Virus record (IMG/VR): IMGVR_UViG_2617271049_000016
Source: a virus
Lineage: Duplodnaviria > Heunggongvirae > Uroviricota > Caudoviricetes
DNA length: 21,678 nucleotides
Strand: one strand, 5' to 3'
Numbering within the stretch: the first letter of the stretch is position 1; each line of letters begins with the position of its first letter. The notes beneath the pieces were generated by a model. That model was not told the origin of the DNA, did not search any database, and worked only from the letters and a program-made list of their open reading frames with translations. A program made the translations under genes and the position numbers. This document shows positions 10,211 to 17,564 of this stretch, in pieces.

Positions 10211-10489
10211 TTACCTCCAGATCCGTTGCTGGAAAGTGCGGGACGCACGTGGTGGGCGTTCGGAATAAGGCAGCCTGACAGAGATTATCCAGTGCCGATA
10301 GTCGAGACTGAGAGCTTTCTTAACCTCGAACCCGCGCCTGCGGTAAGAATGAATCAGCCATTCGGCCTGTTCTGCAGTGCATGGAGGGTGCTGGAACCAT
10401 TCAGACTTGAATGCGTGAGAATACCGCCCGTGCGTGCAGGCAAGAACGGGCGAATTATCAGAATTGTAATATTTTGCGTTGCGTGCCAT
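10211..10489 (-). CDS. Hypothetical protein (92 aa), coupled to ydfU
   Basis: ATG at 10489 with a GGAGA SD 6 nt upstream; its stop overlaps the ydfU SD; protein-like composition. Confidence 0.45.
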   Translation of the reverse strand: MARNAKYYNSDNSPVLACTHGRYSHAFKSEWFQHPPCTAEQAEWLIHSYRRRGFEVKKALSLDYRHWIISVRLPYSERPPRASRTFQQRIWR

Positions 10490-10555
10490 CGGTTTTCTCC
10501 GGTGGCACGGTGTTACTCAGCGGGAGTTCAGCCCCGCGCAAGATTGTAGATGAGT

Positions 10556-10807
10556 TTATTCTCCTGAAAAAGCAGAAAAGCCAGCTTTTATTCCGATCTC
10601 TTTCAATGCCTGTAATGAAGTGACAAACTCACCTTCGCGCAAGATAAATCCGTCCGTGACCCGAGCATCCACAAAATTAATTAACGCAGCCCCATTCTTT
10701 CGCAAACACATAATGCGGTAATGACTAACAAGATTTCCATTTTCAACGCACACAGCATAGAGGCCATCTTCACAAAAAATTTTACGCAGTTCTTCGATGT
10801 TCATCAT
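10556..10807 (-). CDS. rem: Rem-like protein (83 aa)
   Basis: Intact ORF MMNIEELRKIFCEDGLYAVCVENGNLVSHYRIMCLRKNG...; position between ydfU and hokD. Confidence 0.7.
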   Translation of the reverse strand: MMNIEELRKIFCEDGLYAVCVENGNLVSHYRIMCLRKNGAALINFVDARVTDGFILREGEFVTSLQALKEIGIKAGFSAFSGE

Positions 10808-10937
10808 CAGAATCCTTCCGGATAATTAGCTCTCCCCTTTAAGGGACCATCCCTCTTATCCCTGCGCGCTACTTAAGTATTTTTGATTCTATTCCGGCAC
10901 CGTCAAGAACTTCAAACGCGTTGAAAATAAAAACAAA

Positions 10938-10955
10938 AACCCGCCGAAGCGGGTT
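10938..10955 (-). terminator. Rho-independent terminator downstream of relB-relE-hokD
   Basis: cccgc-cgaa-gcggg hairpin followed on the minus strand by TTTTTGTTTTT. Confidence 0.6.
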
Positions 10956-11023
10956 AAGTGCGGGTGCGTTGAGGATGCCTGCCACATCAGAGGTGGCGAG
11001 GGATTTCTCCCCCGCCGGGTCTC

Positions 11024-11179
11024 TTACTCCTCAGGTTCGTAAGCTGTGAAGACAGCGACCTCCGTCTGGCCGGTTCGGATTCGTACCTCGCAGAGGTCTT
11101 TCCTCGTTACCAGTGCCGTCACTATGACGGTTAAACAGATGACGATCAGGGCGATTAACATCGCCTTTTGCTGCTTCAT
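11024..11179 (-). CDS. hokD: Hok-family type I toxin (51 aa)
   Basis: Manual translation MKQQKAMLIALIVICLTVIVTALVTRKDLCEVRIRTGQTEVAVFTAYEPEE; too short for the ORF track. Confidence 0.85.
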   Translation of the reverse strand: MKQQKAMLIALIVICLTVIVTALVTRKDLCEVRIRTGQTEVAVFTAYEPEE

Positions 11180-11250
11180 AGCCTGCTTCTCCTGTCAACG
11201 CAAAGCAGAAGTGTCACCTTCGGTGCGAAACAGAGATGTCATGCTTTGGT

Positions 11251-11531
11251 TCAGAGAATGCGTTTGACCGCCTCGCTATATACTTCCGAGCGTTCTCTTT
11301 TCCCAACAGAAATCACGAAAACGACAACTTTCTCGTCTATAACCTGGTATACAAGGCGATAGACCGGAGCTTAATCTTGTAACAATCAGGCATACCACGG
11401 AGCTTGTTTGCTTCAATCCGGGGTGACTCAAGTACTTCAACCAGCTTCTTTTTCAACTGTTCACGTACCGTCGAGCCCAGCTTTCGCCATTCCTTTAGTG
11501 CCCGCTCGTCAAAATCCAGAAAATACGCCAT
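11251..11531 (-). pseudogene. relE: relE toxin gene with an apparent 7-bp deletion causing a frameshift (64-aa truncated product)
   Basis: N-terminal frame MAYFLDFDERALKEWRKLGSTVREQLKKKLVEVLESPRIEANKLRGMPDCYKIKLRS then shifts; the RelE C-terminus YRLVYQVIDEKVVVFVISVGKRERSEVYSEAVKRIL is intact in the other frame down to the native stop at 11251; about 7 nt are missing relative to RelE as I recall it. Confidence 0.65.
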
Positions 11532-11770
11532 CAGAGTTCATCCAGCGTCACACGTACTGGCTTAGGATTACGAAGCCGTTCTTTCACTATCTCCACAAGT
11601 TCAGCATCTTCATCACTCAGGAGTGTCTGTTTGAACGGCAAGCGTTCATTGTCAGCGATATACTCGAGCATGAGACGAAGCGCTTCAGAAGGAGTTACAC
11701 CCATTTTTTCAAGCGCGGCGTAAGAACGCGCTTTAAGTTCATCGTCAATACGCAGGTTAATGCTACCCAT
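11531..11770 (-). CDS. relB: RelB antitoxin (79 aa)
   Basis: MGSINLRIDDELKARSYAALEKMGVTPSEALRLMLEYIADNERLPFKQTLLSDEDAELVEIVKERLRNPKPVRVTLDEL; its stop overlaps the relE ATG. Confidence 0.9.
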   Translation of the reverse strand: MGSINLRIDDELKARSYAALEKMGVTPSEALRLMLEYIADNERLPFKQTLLSDEDAELVEIVKERLRNPKPVRVTLDEL

Positions 11771-11781
11771 GTCTTACACCT

Positions 11782-11807
11782 CTTGTAATTACAAATGTCA
11801 TTACAAG
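11782..11807 (-). promoter_or_regulatory. relBE operator/promoter region (relO-like inverted repeats)
   Basis: cttgtaattacaa and tgtcattacaag palindromic repeats starting 12 nt upstream of the relB start. Confidence 0.55.
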
Positions 11808-12100
11808 TATCGCACTACAACATGCTTAGGGCAAGTCACGAAGGAAGTCAGAAAGTAGTCGTAAGAACGGTGATCACTGTCCGCTTTGTGCCAGGAGCAG
11901 CCATTGCTAAGTCCATCCTGTATTGTGCAGGTCAGCTCGTTTTTAAAGAGTCCGGCCATCATCTTACTGGTACAGACACCATATACTTTGTGACGGTCAG
12001 GCTACATATGCACAACTCAACTTATTCATCTATTTTTTGCTTTAGCATGTCAGTGTTGCTTTCTCGTCGGCGGGTGAGCGGTGACCTGACCTGTCGATAA
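11795..12100 (+). CDS. ydfV: YdfV-like ORF (101 aa); coding status doubtful
   Basis: ORF at the Qin ydfV position; overlaps the relB promoter region; low-complexity composition. Confidence 0.3.
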   Translation: MSLQVSHYNMLRASHEGSQKVVVRTVITVRFVPGAAIAKSILYCAGQLVFKESGHHLTGTDTIYFVTVRLHMHNSTYSSIFCFSMSVLLSRRRVSGDLTCR

Positions 12101-12252
12101 AGGAACGTAACACGTTTTATGCAACACCCGCATGCGGCAGAAAATTATTGCCGAACGTTTACCCCTGTCAACAAGCTTTACTTTCTGAGGCGCGCCAGCC
12201 CGCGAGGAAAACAATCTGAACATCAAACAATTAATGACACAAGAAATACGAT

Positions 12253-12279
12253 TAAAGATTTTTTTGTGCATGCCGATAG
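12253..12279 (+). promoter_or_regulatory. Sigma-28 (FliA) class 3 flagellar promoter for flxA
   Basis: TAAAGATT, 11-nt spacer, GCCGATAG against consensus TAAAGTTT-N11-GCCGATAA; AGGAG SD follows before the flxA ATG. Confidence 0.75.
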
Positions 12280-12302
12280 TGCTTTTTTAAAAGGAGAAAT
12301 CT

Positions 12303-12635
12303 ATGTCTGTCACAATTCAGGGAAATACCTCAACCGTTATTTCAAACAACTCCGCCCCGGAAGGAACATCAGAAATAGCCAAAATCACAAGACAAATTCA
12401 GGTGCTGACTGAAAAGCTTGGGAAAATCTCATCGGAAGAGGGGATGACGACACAGCAGAAAAAAGAAATGGCTGCATTGGTACAGAAGCAAATTGAAAGC
12501 CTCTGGGCTCAACTGGAGCAGTTGTTAAGGCAGCAGGCAGAGAAAAAGAATGAAGACGCGACAGTTCAGCCTGATAAAAAAGAAGAGAAAAAAGACGATA
12601 CAAATACCGCTGGCACCATTGATATTTACGTCTAA
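12303..12635 (+). CDS. flxA: FlxA (FliA-regulated protein, 110 aa)
   Basis: MSVTIQGNTSTVISNNSAPEGTSEIAKITRQIQVLTEKLGK...; sigma-28 promoter upstream; terminator downstream. Confidence 0.85.
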   Translation: MSVTIQGNTSTVISNNSAPEGTSEIAKITRQIQVLTEKLGKISSEEGMTTQQKKEMAALVQKQIESLWAQLEQLLRQQAEKKNEDATVQPDKKEEKKDDTNTAGTIDIYV

Positions 12636-12649
12636 GTGACAGCCGTATT

Positions 12650-12672
12650 GTGGCCCTCATCGGGCCACTTTT
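12650..12672 (+). terminator. Rho-independent terminator of flxA
   Basis: gtggccc-tcatc-gggccac stem-loop followed by TTTT. Confidence 0.6.
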
Positions 12673-13071
12673 CGCCATCAGCCTTTTCTTTAAAGACATA
12701 TTATCTTTGTATCATTTCTGATAGTTAACATTACAAGATATAAGTAATGGACGCACTCCCAATTAGTCTATTTAAATCGCCACGAGTTTAACTGACAACC
12801 CATGATCAATTATGAATTGCAACTATTTCTGTAGTCACTTTTGTGGGGACAGTCCACAAAACTGCCAACTTCCGCTTCTTGCTCTTAGCGGACATTAGCA
12901 TAGGCTATTTACCATAACGCCTCATTACGCGCACCGCCCAGACTGACTCAGCGCGTTTCTGGCATATCCCCGGTAAAACAAGTAACAAACCACCCGAAAA
13001 TGAACACCAGAAACGCGACTTAAGAATCTACCCTATGAATGGATATGCACTCAACCGAATCGATCTTGGTT

Positions 13072-14281
13072 TCAATCTTTTTTATCGGGATCAGGCTTCT
13101 TTTTAGGTAACTTCGGGGGCTTAACTTGCTGATGACTTTGCGTTCGGCGCGTAAGCCAGGGATGGTCAGCTTTAGGTTTAACATAGTATTTTGAGCGTAA
13201 ATCAATACGGGCATTATCCACTCGTTCATGGACACTCTTTTCATCATCCAGTGGTATAGGCTCCGGGCCATCAACATACTTTTCCCAGCCCAGCGCTTTC
13301 CCGTCATACAGAACGTTAATTTCACCGTCAAAGTTCTCGCATACAGTAACAACCGAATGCCTAAGTCGATATCCCCGGCCCTCACTGCGTACCTGAAACG
13401 CACTGCTTTTGTACTGGAAAGTGAGATTTTTAGACAGAACGCGCTTCGCCTGTAGGCTGAAGATATAACCCAGTTCCTCTTCAGAATGGTGCACATCAAG
13501 ATGAGCATTATCAGTAGTACGAGGCGACGTAGCGAACCGGTTGTTATAGGCTTCAATAAAGGTCGGCAACCATGCATTTGGCATGGATTGGCTCGATGCC
13601 CAGTGTCTTTATCGCACGAGTGAACTGGGTCAGCTCACCTTCCCGCTCTGGGTTATTTACCCTGAATATACTCTGTCTATCAGAGTAGAGAGCGAGCGGT
13701 ACGCCATGATCATTAAGGTAACCCCGGAGGGTTTCCATGTAAGCCCGGGTTGTTTCAGCAGGCACAAAACGCAACGCCATCAACGCACTGGTGGCATCAT
13801 CAATGAAAACGATCAGTGTACATCTGGGGCCTCGATTTTCAAACCAGTCATGAGGTGAGCCATCAATCTGGATCAGTTCACCGTAAGATGGTCGTCGCAT
13901 GCGGCGTTGATATATACGGGCAATTTTACGACGGCGTTCACGCCATAACCCCTCTTCTATCATCCACTTTCTGAGAGTTTCAACGGATAAAGATAAACCG
14001 TGTATCTCGCGCAATTTTTCGCACGCAAACGTAGGTCCAAAATCAGCGTAACGGCCTTTGAGGAGTGAAATTACTGTTGCTCTGAATTCAGTAGAAAAGG
14101 AATTATTAGGACGCTTTCCACGTCGGTGGGAAACCAGACCAGAAGGCCCTTCATTTCTATACCGTTGCACCAGACGTTTAACCTGCCGAATAGAAATGCC
14201 AATGCGTGCCGCAGCTTGTTCCTGAATAATCTGAAGTCGGTGGAGTTCCTTATGACTCATCGTAACAGTCTCTTTGATCAT
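13072..14281 (-). pseudogene. rve-type DDE transposase/integrase-like gene (HTH plus integrase core), split across two frames by an internal deletion
   Basis: ORF A (13553-14281) has an HTH and the first two catalytic Asp (IQIDGS..., LYSDRQ); ORF B (13072-13584) has the post-catalytic NAWLPTFIEAYNNRF segment. The two frames overlap at 13553-13584 and the expected Glu-containing segment is absent. Confidence 0.6.
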
Positions 14282-14615
14282 GAAAAATCCCCCAGAGAAT
14301 TGTCTGGGGACATTTTAGAATGGTTCAAAGGGGACATTACAGCTTGGTGTTAACAATAGCCTGCTTCTCCGTGCCTTTCGGCACGTAAGAGGCTAACCTA
14401 CATGTGTCTAGCATGAAATTGGCCTCAGATTAATGTTAAGCGTCTTGCAGGACGCGTAATGTTAACTGGGGCTTTTCTCTATCTGCCGTTGGTGTCCATG
14501 CCCGAGGCAGATAGCCTCAAGCACCCGCAGTCATTCTACTTAACTAAGATTTCCCCGCAAACCGTTTTTGTCCAGCACAGTAAATATCCAACTAAACCAA
14601 TGGAGTTCGCTGTAT

Positions 14616-14795
14616 TTACCGCCAGTATTCAATGCACATGACCGCCATGAACACCCCTAAAAAAAGGGCATTTATATATCCAAATATTAATATCAAAACA
14701 TCAACTTTTTCCATATACCTTGCTGTGAAGATGATGGGCATACATGATGCGAACAACCAGAACGCAACAAACAAAAACTGCAATGCGTTTTTCAT
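14616..14795 (-). CDS. Small hydrophobic two-TM membrane protein (59 aa), function unknown
   Basis: ATG at 14795 preceded by AGGAGG with 5-nt spacing; MKNALQFLFVAFWLFASCMPIIFTARYMEKVDVLILIFGYINALFLGVFMAVMCIEYWR. Confidence 0.5.
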   Translation of the reverse strand: MKNALQFLFVAFWLFASCMPIIFTARYMEKVDVLILIFGYINALFLGVFMAVMCIEYWR

Positions 14796-15049
14796 TATTC
14801 CTCCTACAATCAATGTGCAATTACATTTAAACACACCTCAATTTGGCCGGACATATAAATATCTAAACCAGAAAAAATCACTTACATAGCGTTACAAACT
14901 CTTTAGTCTAAAGGTTCATCGTAAAACATTCCCCATACTTATCAGTCCGTTCCGCGCCAGGTAGCTCATTGCCTTATCTGGCAACCTGTAATCAGGTTTC
15001 CGCTTTTTCAGTTGGCTGGTCGTTTAACCGACATAGTTAATCCATTAAT

Positions 15050-15337
15050 CTAGTTGCCGGATGTTGGTGGATTTTCGCGTTTTAGTTGTTCATAAAAGTG
15101 CACAGCTTTAACCAGTTCTTCTGATGTAACTGGGACTGGTGAGGCAGTGAATAAGGCCTGAATTTGATAGTTCGGCCTGTCGTTACAATCCTCTTTTTTC
15201 GGTACATATTTCCAGTCACCAGACCACTACTTCCCCTGAAAGTCCGTAACGCCTTTTTTCACGTAGCGATATCGCCATGCCACTGGTTTTGCTTGCCCCG
15301 CCGTTTCATGCCCTTCCTGATAATTAATCTCGCTCAT
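15050..15337 (-). pseudogene. 95-codon ORF interrupted by one in-frame TAG (at 15227-15229)
   Basis: MSEINYQEGHETAGQAKPVAWRYRYVKKGVTDFQGK-TAG-WSGDWKYVPKKEDCNDRPNYQIQALFTASPVPVTSEELVKAVHFYEQLKRENPPTSGN; the distal part has no start codon of its own; the ATG overlaps the stop of the upstream ORF (ATGA). Confidence 0.45.
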
Positions 15338-15525
15338 TCATCGCCCCACTCATCACAATATGCTTCGACCGGAGTTTTTCCCGCTTCATAGTCATCACGC
15401 TAGGATTCGACATCAGCAGCACTTCCACCGCGTAACTCACCATAGTCCATTAATAGTTCATCCCGCTCTTCAAAACTGATGTTATATTTAGCTGAACAAA
15501 AATCAGCCACTTTGTTCTTCCTCAT
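15334..15525 (-). pseudogene. 62-codon acidic ORF interrupted by one in-frame TAG (at 15400-15402)
   Basis: MRKNKVADFCSAKYNISFEERDELLMDYGELRGGSAADVES-TAG-RDDYEAGKTPVEAYCDEWGDE; its TGA stop overlaps the ATG of the next ORF. Confidence 0.35.
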
Positions 15526-15947
15526 CGTCTTTTATTTCGTGGTATGAGTAATTGCAGTAGTTAAAGAAAATTTCTTATGCTCCGTCATGAATTTCCTCAG
15601 GTGTTGCGTCATCGTCCACTTCGAATACATCCTCAAAATCTCCACCAGCTATTCCCGTTTCAATAATAATTTTGAACTTTCGCATTTCACTACCGCCCTT
15701 TCGGGCGGCCTCCTGATGTTCTGAGGGTGCAGAAATCCATCCGGTTAAGGATTAAATTTTATTTACAGAACTGAATTTAATTATTCAGATATACGTATCT
15801 GTAGCCTTACGAATCTACTCACTGGATGCCTCTTTCATAAAAATAATCCAGTGGGTTTTATCGTTTTTTCCCTGTTCGTTGACAGATAACAGGTTTTCTG
15901 TCTGTCAGTGCCAGAATCTGGCTTACCGGTATTTGCGTTTCATTCCA

Positions 15948-16304
15948 TTAAAAAATCAGAACGCCGTGCGGCCTCAACACCCGAAAGGCTTCTTTAAATC
16001 TCTGTCGCGAATCATCACGCCAGGCATCTTTATTCAGCCGTCCATATTTCTTTCCCATCCAGGCGTTATCACCAACACTCTCAAGATGCGGAGGGTCTAA
16101 TACAACCATCGAAAAAGATGCGTCTGCAAATGATAATGCACGAAAATCTGCGATAATGTCAGGGCTGATAATCAAGCGTCTCCCATTGCGTAATGTGTAT
16201 CCTTCTTTTCTGATATCGCTGAATATCGCCCGTTCGTCAGACTTATCGAACCAGAACATGCGGCTGCCACAGCACATATCAAGAATGGTTGCCGGTGCAC
16301 TCAC
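15948..16304 (-). pseudogene. N-terminal fragment (118 aa) of an amino-methyltransferase-like protein (motif I-like, DPPH motif), C-terminus missing
   Basis: ILDMCCGSR (motif I-like) and VVLDPPH (motif IV-like) about 55 aa apart; the ORF ends with no downstream continuation in any frame; the start overlaps the stop of the upstream 140-aa ORF. Confidence 0.45.
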
Positions 16305-16723
16305 TGCGCCACGTCCTGAAAATTACCCTGATAGAAAGCCAGTATGCGCTGCATAACTTCGCTCTTCCGGCACTCGCGACAGATTATGTTTAGGCGACTG
16401 TCGTAGCGACGTATTTCTCCGTCAGGTGATGACCAGATAAGGTCCGGATCAACCACAGCAGGTTTCTTCACCTTTGCCCTCGAGAGTTTTTTGCGGGCGT
16501 TTTGCCAGTCCTTACGCGCCTGTTCAGAGGGGAATAACCCGTAGCCGGAGTTGTATACATCGCCACTGGCTACCAGCTCTCTGGCAAGAACGCTCATCAG
16601 ATATCTAGTCGCACCTGTTTTAGCTTCCAGTTGCCGTAACGTCTCACGGCCGCTCTGGCGCACGAGTTCCACCACCTGCCATTTAATTTTTTCCCGCTCT
16701 TCTTGTGTAAAAACTTTTGCCAC
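16301..16723 (-). CDS. Hypothetical protein (140 aa), translationally coupled to the methyltransferase-like gene
   Basis: Intact ORF MAKVFTQEEREKIKWQVVELVRQSGRETLRQLEAKTGATRYLMSVLAREL...; ATGA overlap with the downstream gene. Confidence 0.5.
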   Translation of the reverse strand: MAKVFTQEEREKIKWQVVELVRQSGRETLRQLEAKTGATRYLMSVLARELVASGDVYNSGYGLFPSEQARKDWQNARKKLSRAKVKKPAVVDPDLIWSSPDGEIRRYDSRLNIICRECRKSEVMQRILAFYQGNFQDVAQ

Positions 16724-16763
16724 AAGTCCCCCTTAAAATTACCTCATGACCTGAAATCAACAC

Positions 16764-16988
16764 TTATCCTCTGAAACCAGGCGGAATTTCTGTATCCGGT
16801 TCAGAAATATGATTAACACAACGCTGTACAGGTGAACGTCCCAGGCGGATGACCAGTTCGTCCCATTTTTCGCGGAGCTTTGACGGGCTCATGATGTTTT
16901 TTACCCAGAATGGATCTCGCTGAACCCGACCAAACATTTCGCAAATTTGTCTGTGGCTTCTGCCATCCAGCATCCGCATTGTGCGCAC
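16764..16988 (-). CDS. Hypothetical protein (74 aa) with a possible HTH, divergent from the dicB operon
   Basis: Intact ORF ...SHRQICEMFGRVQRDPFWVKNIMSPSKLREKWDEL...; function not recognised. Confidence 0.35.
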   Translation of the reverse strand: MRTMRMLDGRSHRQICEMFGRVQRDPFWVKNIMSPSKLREKWDELVIRLGRSPVQRCVNHISEPDTEIPPGFRG

Positions 16989-17095
16989 GTCATTGGCCCA
17001 GGCAGTCCAGTTATCCGGCGTTAATTGTTAACTGGTTAACGTCACCTGGAGGCACCAGGCACTGCATCACAAAATTCATTGTTGAGGACGCGATA

Positions 17096-17284
17096 ATGAA
17101 AACGTTATTACCAAACGTTAATACGTCTGAAGGTTGTTTTGAAATTGGTGTCACTATCAGTAACCCAGTATTTACTGAAGATGCCATTAACAAGAGAAAA
17201 CAAGAACGGGAGCTATTAAATAAAATATGCATTGTTTCAATGCTGGCTCGTTTACGTCTGATGCCAAAAGGATGTGCACAATGA
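17096..17284 (+). CDS. dicB: DicB cell-division inhibitor (62 aa)
   Basis: MKTLLPNVNTSEGCFEIGVTISNPVFTEDAINKRKQERELLNKICIVSMLARLRLMPKGCAQ; GAGGA SD 9 nt upstream. Confidence 0.8.
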   Translation: MKTLLPNVNTSEGCFEIGVTISNPVFTEDAINKRKQERELLNKICIVSMLARLRLMPKGCAQ

Positions 17285-17472
17285 ATTCAGCATTTGTGCT
17301 TGTTCTGACAGTTTTTCTTGTTTCCGGAGAGCCAGTTGATATTGCAGTCAGTGTTCACAGGACAATGCAGGAGTGTATGACTGCAGCAACCGAACAGAAA
17401 ATTCCCGGTAACTGTTACCCGGTCGATAAAGTTATTCACCAGGATAATATCGAAATCCCGGCAGGTCTTTAA
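17281..17472 (+). CDS. ydfD: YdfD-like small lytic membrane protein (63 aa)
   Basis: MNSAFVLVLTVFLVSGEPVDIAVSVHRTMQECMTAATEQKIPGNCYPVDKVIHQDNIEIPAGL; ATGA overlap with the dicB stop. Confidence 0.7.
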   Translation: MNSAFVLVLTVFLVSGEPVDIAVSVHRTMQECMTAATEQKIPGNCYPVDKVIHQDNIEIPAGL

Positions 17473-17564
17473 AACAGTTCCGTAATAAATATCCGGTTTC
17501 ATTCTTATATGCCAGCAATGGCAGGGATTTGTTCATCCTTAAATCTGTCATGAGGTTAAAACAA

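Noticed and set aside
13020-13577. 185-aa minus ORF
   Set aside because: Third frame overlapping the transposase ORF B; no recognisable similarity.
14479-14514. 9-bp inverted repeat ctatctgcc / ggcagatag with an 18-nt spacer
   Set aside because: Isolated, with no T-run and no adjacent gene context to suggest terminator or operator function; noted but not called.
15575-15685. 36-codon acidic ORF (MRKFKIIIETGIAGG...) preceded by a GC hairpin
   Set aside because: Too short and without a convincing ribosome-binding site; probably another decayed fragment in the same region.
14461-17040. GTTAAC-containing motifs at 14461 and 17027-17040 as shared repressor operators
   Set aside because: A palindromic 6-mer is expected about five times in 21.7 kb by chance, which is roughly what is seen; I kept only the local dyad at 17027-17040 as a weak candidate.
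16989-17095. dicF small RNA upstream of dicB
   Set aside because: Nothing in this interval matches the DicF sequence as I recall it.
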